Shown here one piece after another: positions 41,263 to 52,200 of a stretch of 64,000 bases of DNA. The notes under the pieces were generated by a model, which was not told the DNA's origin, searched no databases, and worked only from the letters and a program-made list of their open reading frames with translations. Each line of letters starts with the position of its first letter. Positions within the stretch are counted from its first letter, which is position 1. The stretch comes from an uncultured bacterium (GTDB lineage Bacteria; Oederibacteriota; PGYV01; CAWJRG01): positions 256,001 through 320,000 of the forward strand of contig CAWJRG010000001.1 in assembly GCA_963845185.1 (NCBI GenBank), in the 5' to 3' direction. A program made the translations under genes and the position numbers.

Positions 41263-41636
41263 TTTTTCACTCTTGAAATCAACGCATCTGCCGCTATTAA
41301 AACAAGGGTCAAAGTAAATCCAATCAAAAATCCCTTAATACTGTAATACTTCCTGAAAATTATAAGTCCTGCCAGCGCGCATCCGATAAGCATCACTTTT
41401 AAAAAGTATATCAGGACTGTCATGATCACCGCGCCGGTTGACGGGGTATCCGGCTTGACTACTGATTTTACTGTGAACACAATCGCCGCAAAGTTTATTG
41501 TGCCTAACGCAAGCCCTGCCAGCAGCCCGGATACAATTTCTCTTCTAATTACAGCAAACAGGCAGCATGTTATCACAAAACATGCGAAAAATAAAATAAA
41601 AATCCGTTTAATGTTTATCATTACTTTTCGCGACAC
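41241..41636 (-). CDS. atpI: ATP synthase protein I
   Basis: 4 TM protein upstream of atpB. Confidence 0.7.
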   Translation of the reverse strand: MSRKVMINIKRIFILFFACFVITCCLFAVIRREIVSGLLAGLALGTINFAAIVFTVKSVVKPDTPSTGAVIMTVLIYFLKVMLIGCALAGLIIFRKYYSIKGFLIGFTLTLVLIAADALISRVKKHRSSSD

Positions 41637-41829
41637 CGTAAATTATATAGACGAAACCCGCTATAATCCCGAACAGCAGGCATCCTATTGTAAATAGCGG
41701 TTTTAAATGCGTTACTTTATCAAGCCACAGGCCCAATCCCAATCCTGCGAAAGTTGAAAGCACCAGCGTAAAGCCCAGCGCCCCGAGATTGCCCACAGTA
41801 TTTAAAAGGTCCCTTTGATCCTTATCCAT
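41608..41829 (-). CDS. atpZ: AtpZ/AtpI family small membrane protein
   Basis: GLGLWLDK..KPLFTIGCLLFGIIAGF. Confidence 0.8.
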   Translation of the reverse strand: MDKDQRDLLNTVGNLGALGFTLVLSTFAGLGLGLWLDKVTHLKPLFTIGCLLFGIIAGFVYIIYGVAKSNDKH

Positions 41830-41891
41830 TTCAATTCCTGCTTCAAAATAATTTTTTTAAAACCGGGTTCCAATTTTCATTCAAAAAAAAT

Positions 41892-42374
41892 TTATTCTTT
41901 GTAATTTATAAAATCAGATGGCTTGATGTCTTTTAAGAACTCCTTGAATTCCTTCATTTCCTTTTCGTATTTCTGCTTGTCCATTATTGTGGCTTCCATA
42001 ATGACGGTTTCGGAAACATAAATACCGGCTTCTGTCCTTAAGGCAAGCGCTATTGCGTCCGATGGCCTTGAATCTATTTCAAGTTCTTTGCCGCCGCTTA
42101 ATAAATGTATTTTCGCAAAAAATGTATTCTCTTTTATATCATGTATTACAATCCTGTCTACAGTAACCTGAAGCGTCTCAAGCATAAGCTTTATAAGGTC
42201 ATGAGTCATGGGCCTTGGTACTTTAATGTCCTCAAGTGCTACAAGTATCGCGTCTGCCTCATATACACCAATCCATATTGGTAGAAACCTTTTTTCCTCA
42301 TTATCGGTAAGTATTACTACGGGCATTTTGGATGTGCTGTCTATGGCAAGCCCGTTGACTTTCATCTCAATCAT
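41892..42374 (-). CDS. Bifunctional nuclease family (DUF151)
   Basis: LPIWIG..EA, PRPMTHDL, IDSRPSDAIALA. Confidence 0.92.
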   Translation of the reverse strand: MIEMKVNGLAIDSTSKMPVVILTDNEEKRFLPIWIGVYEADAILVALEDIKVPRPMTHDLIKLMLETLQVTVDRIVIHDIKENTFFAKIHLLSGGKELEIDSRPSDAIALALRTEAGIYVSETVIMEATIMDKQKYEKEMKEFKEFLKDIKPSDFINYKE

Positions 42375-42576
42375 CGGCTTTTTCTCCTTAAATGATGTTT
42401 AGGCATAGCTTATTAGGAAAAGTCATGAAATACTACACTATAAAAAGTATTTTTTCAAGTGTTTTTTGGTTATGGTATCCGGGCAAATAATTTTTTATTT
42501 TTTAATTGTTATTTTTTCTGCGTTGAAGTAAAATTACAAAACAACACAGAAAAAACTAAACTTTGTGAGGCTAAAA

Positions 42577-44172
42577 ATGAATAAATTCGTAAACCAGCTT
42601 TTCAGGCTAAAGAGCCTGAACCAGACTATTTCAGAAACACACGAGCCGCATCACACTTTAAAGAAGGTCCTTGGCCCGCTTGAACTTGTGCTTTTCGGGG
42701 TCGGCGTCATAATCGGCGCCGGAATTTTTACCACTATCGGCACCGCCGCGGCAGGAGACATCGCACGTCCCGGCGCTGGGCCCGGCCTCATAGTTTCCTT
42801 TATTATAACAGCTATAGCATGCGGTTTCGCCGCCATGTGCTACGCGGAATTCGCGTCTTTAGTGCCTGTATCAGGCAGCGCTTACACTTATTCGTATTCC
42901 TCATTCGGTGAACTTATTGCGTGGATAATAGGCTGGGACCTTATGCTTGAGTATTGCGTCGGCTCCATAGCTGTATCAATGAGCTGGTCGGGTTATTTCA
43001 GGGGATTCCTGCAAAGTATCGGATTCAACCTGCCGGCATGGGCAGTCATTGATTTTCGCACGGCAATGACAGGTTTTGCAAAAGCAACTGCCTTGATGAA
43101 AACCGGCGTAAATCTCGGCGGTATGTCGTCCAACCTCCAGTTTTCTTATACCGCTGTTACGTCAGCCCCGCATATTTTCGGAATTCCCGTGTTATGTAAT
43201 TTACCGGCAAGCATTATTGTTCTTTTGCTGACTTTCCTGCTTGTCATAGGCATCAAAGAAAGTTCGAGGTTCAATAATATAATAGTAGCCATAAAACTCC
43301 TGGTACTCGCCTTTTTTATTTTTATAGGCGTAAAATACATAAAACCCTCGAACTGGCATCCTTTTGCTCCTAATGGTTTTGCTGGTATAAAAGCAGGCGC
43401 TGCAATAGTTTTCTTTGCTTACATTGGCTTTGACTGCGTTTCCACGGTCGCGGAAGAAACCCGCAACCCAAAGCGCGATATGCCCATAGGAATAATAGGC
43501 TCCCTTGTTATTTCAACCTTGATTTATATGCTTGTTGCTGCGGTATTTACAGGTATAATACCGATCCAAGCTTTAAAAAACGCGATGATGAACGAAAAAG
43601 CCGAGCCTCTGGCATTCGCTTTCCGTTATATAAACCAGGGCTGGGCTTCGATAATCGTGGCTGTGGGCGCAATATGCGCGCAACTCGCCGTGTTGCTGGT
43701 GCTTCTCATGGGCCAGTCCAGGATATTTTTCTCAATGTCCCGCGACGGCCTGCTGCCCAAAGTTTTCTCCAAAGTTCATGAAAAATTCAAGACACCTTAT
43801 GTGACCACTATAGTCGTCGGCGTGGTGGTAGCAGTAATAACTGCTTTTACTAATATTGAGGAAATGGTTGACTTGACAAACATAGGCACTCTTTTTGCCT
43901 TTTGCCTCGTATGCCTTGGGATTATCATATTGCGTGTTAAAGAACCGGCAAGACATAGGACTTTCAAAGTGCCATTTAGCCCTCTTTTCCCTTTGCTGGG
44001 AGTTGTATCCTGCATATTTTTGATGTCAGGACTGCCTGTAGTAACATGGATAAGATTTGTGGTGTGGTTGGTTTTAGGCCTCGTTGTTTATTTTCTTTAC
44101 AGCTACAGCCACAGCATGCTGCATCCAAAAAACCGTAAGTTCAATCAGGAACGCGGCAATTATAAATCCTGA
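42577..44172 (+). CDS. APC family amino acid permease
   Basis: GVGVIIGAGIF, CYAEFAS..GSAYTY, FFAYIGFD..AEE..NPKRDMP. Confidence 0.92.
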   Translation: MNKFVNQLFRLKSLNQTISETHEPHHTLKKVLGPLELVLFGVGVIIGAGIFTTIGTAAAGDIARPGAGPGLIVSFIITAIACGFAAMCYAEFASLVPVSGSAYTYSYSSFGELIAWIIGWDLMLEYCVGSIAVSMSWSGYFRGFLQSIGFNLPAWAVIDFRTAMTGFAKATALMKTGVNLGGMSSNLQFSYTAVTSAPHIFGIPVLCNLPASIIVLLLTFLLVIGIKESSRFNNIIVAIKLLVLAFFIFIGVKYIKPSNWHPFAPNGFAGIKAGAAIVFFAYIGFDCVSTVAEETRNPKRDMPIGIIGSLVISTLIYMLVAAVFTGIIPIQALKNAMMNEKAEPLAFAFRYINQGWASIIVAVGAICAQLAVLLVLLMGQSRIFFSMSRDGLLPKVFSKVHEKFKTPYVTTIVVGVVVAVITAFTNIEEMVDLTNIGTLFAFCLVCLGIIILRVKEPARHRTFKVPFSPLFPLLGVVSCIFLMSGLPVVTWIRFVVWLVLGLVVYFLYSYSHSMLHPKNRKFNQERGNYKS

Positions 44173-44271
44173 TGAATTTTGTCTTAATTTTAGGATTAAT
44201 TTTGATTGATTATGATTCAGGGATTATTTTATTCCAAAATCCAAATTCTAAAATTTAAAATTAATTTTATA

Positions 44272-44838
44272 TCACCATTGACGATTTCCATTAGCATCAA
44301 GTTTTATCAAATAGGCGTAATCATTTCCTTTATTTCCGTTTAAATTGGTGCTTCCAGCAATAATGTATCCCCCGTCTTTTGTCTGCTCCGCCGAATATGC
44401 CCCATCATTATTTTTGCTTCCGAATGTCCTTGTCCAAACGCAATCCCCGTTGGCATCGGTTTTTATAATGTATATGTCTTTATTTCCCACACCGAATGAA
44501 TTTGTGTTTCCCGCGATTATATAACCTTTATCTGTTGTTTGCTGTACTGACCACCCTGCGTCATCTTCTTTTCCATAAAATGTCTTTGCCCAAACGCAGT
44601 CACCTTTGCTGTCCGTCTTTATAAGATATACATCGTATTGATTCCCGTCAAATGAGTTGCTCCAGCCTGCTATTATATATCCCCCGTCGCTTGCCTGCCG
44701 GACAGAATAGGCATGCTGAAAAATACTGTTGCATAATTTTTTATATTGTTTTTGCCCCTGCATGTCATCTGTTTTATTGCCGCAGTTTATTACAACTGCT
44801 ATGACCAGGAAGAAAAATATTATTGCCTTTTTCTTCAT
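44272..44838 (-). CDS. Lipoprotein with QQTxDGGYIIAG repeats
   Basis: Lipobox-like VINC; three repeats of SVxQTxDGGYIIAG..YLIKTDxNG. Confidence 0.7.
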   Translation of the reverse strand: MKKKAIIFFFLVIAVVINCGNKTDDMQGQKQYKKLCNSIFQHAYSVRQASDGGYIIAGWSNSFDGNQYDVYLIKTDSKGDCVWAKTFYGKEDDAGWSVQQTTDKGYIIAGNTNSFGVGNKDIYIIKTDANGDCVWTRTFGSKNNDGAYSAEQTKDGGYIIAGSTNLNGNKGNDYAYLIKLDANGNRQW

Positions 44839-44990
44839 ACTCTGCCCTCCCTTTATTTACCTGCAAACTAATCATACCATTTTAAAAATGTTTTATCAAT
44901 TGCATATTTAAATATGTTTTCAGTATCATATTTTTTATCATAATTTATCCCCTATATTACACCGCCAACCATTAATTAAAACAAAATCAT

Positions 44991-45641
44991 CTACTTTCCA
45001 GAAAACTTCAAGGCCGCCCATTTAATGATATTGAAGCTTCTTGCGAATACCGCTTTGATAAAAGGCAAAAAAGATATTTTATTTGATAATATCGAAAGCA
45101 CCAGAATTATAATTATAATGTTCATAAAAAGCACAAAAACTATTGAAAAAACAATATTGCTGTCCTCGTGCAGGTCTTTCTGGTTTATCATCAGTGAGTA
45201 AAGCGTAAGCGCTATGTGAAATGCCAGGCTCGCGCCGATAAAAAAAGCGATATAAGGCAGGAATTTCTTGTCTGCTATTATGTAAATTAAAATAAAAATA
45301 AAAGTATATAACGGGAAAAAATAAGGCGCAAGCGATATCAGAAAATTCGACTTGCTTATCATTACCCTGCCGCCTTCGCGTGCAACCCTTAATTCCTTTG
45401 TTTTCCCGCCGAAAAGCGCGGCCCAGAGCATATGCGTCAACTCATGGCTCATCACGTGTATAAAAACCGGCTTGTAAAAAATCATGTGTATTACGAGATA
45501 AACAATAAACCCCAGCAGAAAGAAAAACTCTATTTTGGAGCTTATTGAAAAATTTTTTAATACCCTGATAAACTCCACGGCTGCCGAAGCGGAAAGCAGG
45601 ACAAATAGCGCGGTTAATATGATGAATATTGCTTTTTTCAT
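44991..45641 (-). CDS. M50-like membrane metallopeptidase
   Basis: HELTH, ISLAPYF; likely start MKKAIF at 45641 directly after the repeat element. Confidence 0.7.
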   Translation of the reverse strand: MKKAIFIILTALFVLLSASAAVEFIRVLKNFSISSKIEFFFLLGFIVYLVIHMIFYKPVFIHVMSHELTHMLWAALFGGKTKELRVAREGGRVMISKSNFLISLAPYFFPLYTFIFILIYIIADKKFLPYIAFFIGASLAFHIALTLYSLMINQKDLHEDSNIVFSIVFVLFMNIIIIILVLSILSNKISFLPFIKAVFARSFNIIKWAALKFSGK

Positions 45642-45759
45642 GTGGAACCCCGCCGACAGGAGTCGGCGGCTCCTTAAAAACCACCGGAGGTTTATCATGA
45701 GTTCCCTCCGGAAAGGTATGATTTATCCCCCAACCGGAGTTGGGGGATTTCTTTCTGGA
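45642..45759 (-). mobile_element. Non-autonomous IS200/IS605-type element, copy 3, 118 bp
   Basis: Perfect hairpins cgccgac-agga-gtcggcg and tcccccaac-cgga-gttggggga; follows TTAA on minus strand and ends CCAC immediately before ATG. Confidence 0.8.
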
Positions 45760-45768
45760 TTAAAGTTG

Positions 45769-48048
45769 TTACTTTACATCCTGCACTTTTGCGAGTCTTT
45801 CGTTTATTTCTTCCAGGCGTTTTTTGGCCGTGACATGGTCGGGCGCCATCTGCAGCGCCGAAATTATTTTTTCCCTAGCCTCTTTTAATTTGTTGTCGTT
45901 GTACAAATCCATTGCTTCTTTGTATTTATTCTGCGCCTCTTCTTCTATCATCGGCCTCACATCCCTCAAAAATTTGAGTGTGTATTCGTTTGTAGGGTCG
46001 AGTTTTAAAATGGCATTCGAGTAATTTGTCATTTCAACCACATTTTTTGTTCTGTATGCCTCGTCCATTTTTTCAATCAGTTCCTCAAGCCTCGCCTTGA
46101 ATATATCTTTTGCCCTGTCTATGTAATCTTTTAACTTTTTATCAAGCGGCCTTTTCTCCTGAGTTTTTTTCCACTCCTTTATTGTATCAACATAATTTTC
46201 TTTCAAAAATTCATCAAGGCCTTTTTTAAATGATTCCACTGCCACTTCTGAGTCAACGCTTTTATCCGCTGATATGCTGTCGCTTATAAGCCTGTTGTAA
46301 GTGTCGTCAAAATTTTTCTGTATTTCCTGGGAGTCAGGCTTTAAATTAAGCGCCTTTTTGAGGCTGAAAATAGCCTGAAGCAGGTTCCCCGCCTCAGCTT
46401 CCTCGACGCCCTTTTTATGCAGCTTCTCTATTTCTTTTTTAAGCCTGAATTCCTTTAGTTTTTGTTCTGCACTTTCAATATAAGCTTTTGCCTGGGCGTT
46501 TGTAGGGTCCATTTTCAGGACTTTTTTCCACGTATTTATCGCTTCCTCCACTTTTCCTGTCTTGTATAATTCCACGCCTTCCGCGATTATTTGGGGCACG
46601 GCATTCGCGGTCTCCTGCCTTTCCTCCGCGCTTTTTATATATGATTTTGCCTGCATATTGTCAGGGTCCATATTAAGCACTTCCTGCCATTTAAGAATCG
46701 CGCCCTTTATGTTACCTTGCTTGTAAATATTTAACCCGTCATTTATCATGCTTTTAATTAACTGCTGGTTTTGTTCTTTATTGACCGTTACTTTTACTTT
46801 TTCCATTAAATCCGCTATCTCTTTGTTTGTCGGGTCCTGTGATAATATTTTTTCAAAAGCTGCATAAGCCTCCCTCATCTTATTAGCCGCAAATAAGGCT
46901 TTTGCCTGCCTTATCTGCTCTTCCAATTCCTTGTGAACCTGGTCTTTGAGCATGCTGTCCAGTATTGACTGCGCCGATGCCTTGCTTGAGCTTATCCCTT
47001 TCAACGATAAATCTATTTCCTGCTGTGATGTCGCATTACGCCTTGCTTCCTCTATAGAAATAAGCCCTTTCTTATAGAGGCTTATAAGTGACTGGTCAAA
47101 AGTCTGCATGCCGTATTGCGCGCCGTCTTTTATCATGTCTTTAATTTGGCTGATTTTTCCTTCTTCTAACAGCGCTCTTACTGTCGGCGTCACAATCATT
47201 ATTTCCACTCCAGGGACTCTGCCCACGCCGTCTGCCCTCAGAACAAGCCGTAATGACAATACTGCACGCAAGGCGCCTGCCATCTGAATGCGCATCTGAT
47301 GCTGTTCTTCCTTTGCAAAAAAATCCAGTATCCTGTTTATGGTCTGTACCGTATCTATTGTGTGAAGGGTGGAAAATACCATATGGCCTGTCTCTGCCGC
47401 GCTTATTGCCGCCTTCACTGTCTCGGAGTCCCTCATTTCGCCGATAAGTATGACGTCCGGATCCTGTCTTAGCACGTATTTCAAGGCGCTGGCGAATGTC
47501 TCCGTATCGAGTCCGACTTCCCTCTGGGATACGCTGCATTTCTTGTCCGAATGCACAAATTCTATCGGGTCCTCTATGGTCACTATATGGTGGTTGTAAT
47601 TCTCATTGACTTTGTTTATCATTGCAGCAAGGGTGGTGGATTTTCCGCTGCCTGTCGTGCCTGTGACAAGCACAAGCCCCCTGGGATAAAGCGAAATCTC
47701 GCTGAGTACCGACGGCAGGTTTAATTCTTCCAAGCTTGGTATTTGTATCGGTATGGCCCTTAATACAATTTCTATTTTCCCCTTTTGCTTGAAAACATTT
47801 GCCCTGAAACGCGCTACATCCTCAAGATTGTACGCCGAATCCATTTCGCTGGTTTCTTCAAATTTTTTCCGCTGCCTCTCATCCGCAACTACGAATATCA
47901 TTTCCTTTAGATCATCTTCGGTTATCGTCGCCATGTCAAGCGGCGATAATTTGCCGTCTATTCTTAAAAGAGGCGGCCTGCCTTCTTTTAAATGCAAATC
48001 TGATGCTTTTTTATCGAGCATTATATGCAGAAGGTCTGATATATTCAT
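45769..48048 (-). CDS. PilT/PilU type IV pilus ATPase fused to C-terminal TPR repeats
   Basis: ASDLHL, GTTGSGKST, TIEDPIE, RQDPDVILIGEMRD, GMQTFDQSL; then WQEVLNMDPDN-type TPRs. Confidence 0.88.
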   Translation of the reverse strand: MNISDLLHIMLDKKASDLHLKEGRPPLLRIDGKLSPLDMATITEDDLKEMIFVVADERQRKKFEETSEMDSAYNLEDVARFRANVFKQKGKIEIVLRAIPIQIPSLEELNLPSVLSEISLYPRGLVLVTGTTGSGKSTTLAAMINKVNENYNHHIVTIEDPIEFVHSDKKCSVSQREVGLDTETFASALKYVLRQDPDVILIGEMRDSETVKAAISAAETGHMVFSTLHTIDTVQTINRILDFFAKEEQHQMRIQMAGALRAVLSLRLVLRADGVGRVPGVEIMIVTPTVRALLEEGKISQIKDMIKDGAQYGMQTFDQSLISLYKKGLISIEEARRNATSQQEIDLSLKGISSSKASAQSILDSMLKDQVHKELEEQIRQAKALFAANKMREAYAAFEKILSQDPTNKEIADLMEKVKVTVNKEQNQQLIKSMINDGLNIYKQGNIKGAILKWQEVLNMDPDNMQAKSYIKSAEERQETANAVPQIIAEGVELYKTGKVEEAINTWKKVLKMDPTNAQAKAYIESAEQKLKEFRLKKEIEKLHKKGVEEAEAGNLLQAIFSLKKALNLKPDSQEIQKNFDDTYNRLISDSISADKSVDSEVAVESFKKGLDEFLKENYVDTIKEWKKTQEKRPLDKKLKDYIDRAKDIFKARLEELIEKMDEAYRTKNVVEMTNYSNAILKLDPTNEYTLKFLRDVRPMIEEEAQNKYKEAMDLYNDNKLKEAREKIISALQMAPDHVTAKKRLEEINERLAKVQDVK

Positions 48049-48204
48049 TTCACTTATGACTCCCCTTATCCGTTAATCTATTAAACTTGCAAAAACCCGT
48101 CTATATCCAGGTACCGATCATCCACCGAATATTTAATAATGTGATCCCTTCCCGTAGCACTATCCATCACCGCTTCTATCAGTATAAATTTTTGCTGAGC
48201 GGGA

Positions 48205-49206
48205 TTAAAACGTCATCGACAGGCCAAACCGCTGGGTATTATCCAGTACCGATCTCATAACATACTGGTAGGTATAATCCAGGGAAAAATCCTGCATGCA
48301 AATGCTTGCGCCGCCCGCCAATATGTCAGCATTATCAATAGGGTCTATTGAAATTCCTGCCCTGATGCTTGCTTTTTCAATACTGCTGTTTTTTCCAAAA
48401 TTTATGGTGTATTCAGAGCCACCGCTGTATGTTTGTATTTCAGGCACGCCTTTATCATCCTCAATCGACTTAATCTCGCCGCTGATTAAAAAATTGTCGG
48501 TTATTCCGTAATAAATCCCGGTTCTTAATTCATAAGGTATCTGCTCGCTGGTCCCTGAATCCCATTTAATATCGGAATAAATATCTTTTGCCATTATTCC
48601 TATCCTCAAATTTTCTTTTAATGCTAACATTAATCCTAAATCAAAAGATGGCCCCGTTGCCCCTGTACCTGAACCCAACAAGCTGTCGAGGTTCGACTTT
48701 TCAATCAAATACTTCGCGTTAACTCCTATTGCCAATTTTGGGTAAAGATATTTAACAAGTCCTAATGCATTGTCTATTTGTATTGCCCATGATCCGACAA
48801 GAGTCCATTCATCCCAGGAGTACTGGTTGTCTCCAGGGTAATCTGCCCCTATTTTTACTGACATATCGCTTATGCTCGCTCCGAGTGCCCCATAACCTGA
48901 TAAATCACCCTGCCCGTAGGAAACCAGCCAGCTGGATGCTCCACCTGCAGTCAGGTTAAATAAAGACGGGTCATAAGTAAAAGATACGCTTTTCTTTTTA
49001 TATAAAAAAGCAAGCCCTGCCGGGTTCCACCACGAAGCGTCAGCGTCGTCGGCTATTGCTGTATATGCGCCTCCCAGGCCAAGTGGCCTGACGGATATAC
49101 CGTTATCTGTAAAAGCGCCGCCAACAAAACTGGAACTTACGGCATGTGCGGTCCATGCCGCCGTCATAAGGCATACTGTGAAAATTATAATTGCCGACTT
49201 CCGCAT
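48205..49206 (-). CDS. PorV/PorQ-like outer-membrane barrel
   Basis: RPLGLGGAYTAIADDADASWWNPAGL; C-terminal F. Confidence 0.7.
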   Translation of the reverse strand: MRKSAIIIFTVCLMTAAWTAHAVSSSFVGGAFTDNGISVRPLGLGGAYTAIADDADASWWNPAGLAFLYKKKSVSFTYDPSLFNLTAGGASSWLVSYGQGDLSGYGALGASISDMSVKIGADYPGDNQYSWDEWTLVGSWAIQIDNALGLVKYLYPKLAIGVNAKYLIEKSNLDSLLGSGTGATGPSFDLGLMLALKENLRIGIMAKDIYSDIKWDSGTSEQIPYELRTGIYYGITDNFLISGEIKSIEDDKGVPEIQTYSGGSEYTINFGKNSSIEKASIRAGISIDPIDNADILAGGASICMQDFSLDYTYQYVMRSVLDNTQRFGLSMTF

Positions 49207-49227
49207 TTTATACCTCTTTCTTTTTAT

Positions 49228-52200
49228 TTATTTAATAACCGCTATGGTTCGTGCTGTGTTTTGACTTTTCCCGTTCGTATAGGTAATCTGCATTTTTAAA
49301 ACATAAATCCCGTTCCGGACAAGTGAACCCGCGTCGTTTTTCCCGTCCCATGAAAAATAATAATTTTTTGTGCCTGCTACCGGGTCGGTGTCAAAGTTAG
49401 AAAAAAGTGCTGGATTTTGTGTGTATTCAACCGTCCTTACAAATGTTCCTGCCATGTTGAATAAATAGCATTTGACATTTTGAATATTTACTATGCTGGA
49501 TATCCCAAGGTAAATTTTCGCCGGCCCTATATTCGGGTCAAATACTTTTGTATTCTGGAAATGAAAAGTTGATTGCATCGTTGTTGGAGGCACATACATA
49601 AACGCAAAAACATTATTTGCCACTATCTGGTTAAATGGCGGCGTAAGGCCCGTAAGTGTCGCCTGGACATAATTATCTGTTCCAGTATTTACTATGTTGC
49701 CTGTATTACTTATTTTTCTCCATGTTGCCCCGTCATACATCCATAAGCTTAAAGCGCTCTGGTCAAGTCCCATGCTTGTCAACTGGCTGATATCGCTGTT
49801 CGTAAAATGCATTACGAGAGTAACCGTGCAGAGGTTTGCATTAAAATTAAGGGGCAAAGACGAACCGCCGCCTCCAAAGGTCACTGCCGTGCTTATCTGT
49901 TTATATCCGGCAGGCGGTGCGGGAACCGAAGCGTCTGCTGAAACGGTTATTATGTTTGCAGCTACCGTATTTCCGCTCGGGTCTGTTATTCCCGAATTGC
50001 CTGCGCCTACAGCAGATATTATCATGTATGTCGAGGTGTTGTTTCCTGTCCCGCTTAAATCAACATAAGTAACAGTGCCGCTTGAACCTGTTGAAATAAA
50101 AAACTTGTATTGATATGCCCCCGAATAGTTGTTCACGGAATCAGGGGTTACTATTACGTCGTAATTTCCGTCCTGCAGCGGTACCGATGGCGTGAAAGTA
50201 AGTATATTTGTTCCTGAAACATGCGAAAGAGTGCCTGCTATTGCTTGGTTTGATGAATTAATGACCTGTATTGAGGAACTGGTCCAATTTACCTGGGCGC
50301 CGTTGGTCGAAGACCCCGATAAGATTACGGCATTAATGCTTGAAACAAAGTAATTAACCTGGGTCTGCGTTGATGAAGACAGACCTGTTGTCTGGCCTGC
50401 AGATGATAATGCGGAAACCGCGTTAATCACTGGTATTGATGTATCCACTATGCTGAACGTAAATGTTGTTGGCGCCCCTACGTTCCTGTTCGCGTCAACA
50501 GGTGTCACTATCCATGAATAAGTGCCTCCCAGCGTCAGGCTGGAAGACGGTATATAGTAAAGTTCCCATGTTTTTAAACCTGACCCTCCGTTCCACGATA
50601 CTTGTCCCGGGACTTGTGTGCCGTTTGGCCCGTATAAAACAATAGATGAATAATTAATACTGCCAGCGCCGACTCCGGTATCATTGAGCGTCACTTTAAT
50701 ATAATTTGAAGGCCCTATAACATTCGGTGATATGCTTTCAGTGTTTGAAGGGTATTCCGAATTAGTCACGATTGACGGCGGCGTATTGTCAGGAAGCGGT
50801 GGATTGTTATTCTGTTCAATTATAAAAGACGCCGTGCTCTGGTTTGAAGCAAGCCCATATCCCTGATGTCCGGCTATAATTCCTGTGCTGGCATCCCAAA
50901 AAAAACTGGGCTGCATATGATAAGCCAGATATGTATATGTTACACTGCTAGTAGTAGTAGTCCCGTTGGCACAACTTGCAGTGCCTGATTGAATTCCATT
51001 ACTGTACACCACCATTGTTTTTCCAACCAATATGCCTGAGCCGGCTACTATATAAGTCCCTGGATTAATACTCGACCATGTGTAGTCCATGCCAAAATTT
51101 CCTGTAAAAATGCCTTGTGATGCATTTTGCAGATTAACAACAACATCCCAGTCATTGCCCGTATTGCCGTCAGGCACCGTATAAAGTACGGTCGAGGTTA
51201 TACTGCACGGATTTGTAGGTAAAGGCATGTAATTATATTGGCCTATTGTTGTTACAGACAAAAGCCCGGATGGACTGATAAAGAACGGAGGATTGCTGGA
51301 TGGGTCTAAATACCACATGTCTGAATCAACGTTAGAGCTTAGGTCCTGTGGCAGAGTGCTAATCAAATTCCCGCTGCTGTCATACAGCTTAAGGCTTACT
51401 AAAAGAAATGGATAGTTTCTATAATCAAGATATCCTGTATATCCGCCTCCGGGTGAACCACCCGGGTTTGGAATATCAAACCCGAGATTCTGCAAATTGG
51501 CCTGGGTAGCGTTATTCACCTGTGCCTGCATGCTCACTATCACTCCTATCTCATTATAACTTGTATTACTGTAAATCGGGTCAATTGAAGTCACCTGCAT
51601 TGTCATATTAACAGTCGTAACTATCAAATTGCCGGTATAGGTTGTTCCTGTATTGCCGTACATATCTGTAAAATTTATTGCATACTGGTAAAGACCGTCT
51701 GCCTGCAAAGTACCGGTATTGCTCAATCCATCCCATTCTATTGGTATATTATTGCCGCCCATGCCGCTCGCGTTTAAAGTTTTTATGGTTGTACCATTTA
51801 ATAGTATGTTTAATGAAACATTGCAGTTCGTGCTCAGGTAATAACTGATAGCCAAAAGTCCTGCATTGGGGTTGAATGGATTCGGCGAAGCATTTACAAG
51901 CTGAATAGTGGGTCTTACACCGTCAATTGAGATTGGTCTTGGCGCTGCAAACGGGTCGCCGCTTGCCAAATTGCCATTTACTGAAAAATGCCCTATTATA
52001 GAACCATTTGTAATATTGAATTGATATGCTTCCCTTACAAGAAATTGAGTGGTATATACGTCAGTTCCATTAACAGTAGTGTCAGTAAGAATATTTCCAG
52101 TTACTGCTGTTCCTATGTCAAAAGTCGCTTGAATAATATTGCCACCGCCGGAATTTACTGTTGCTGCAAATACGCATGTAAAATTTGCGTATTGAATATT

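Noticed and set aside
48080..48200. Coding-like stretch between the PorV-like gene and pilT
   Set aside because: About 35 codons with no convincing start or recognisable family; cannot support a gene or pseudogene call
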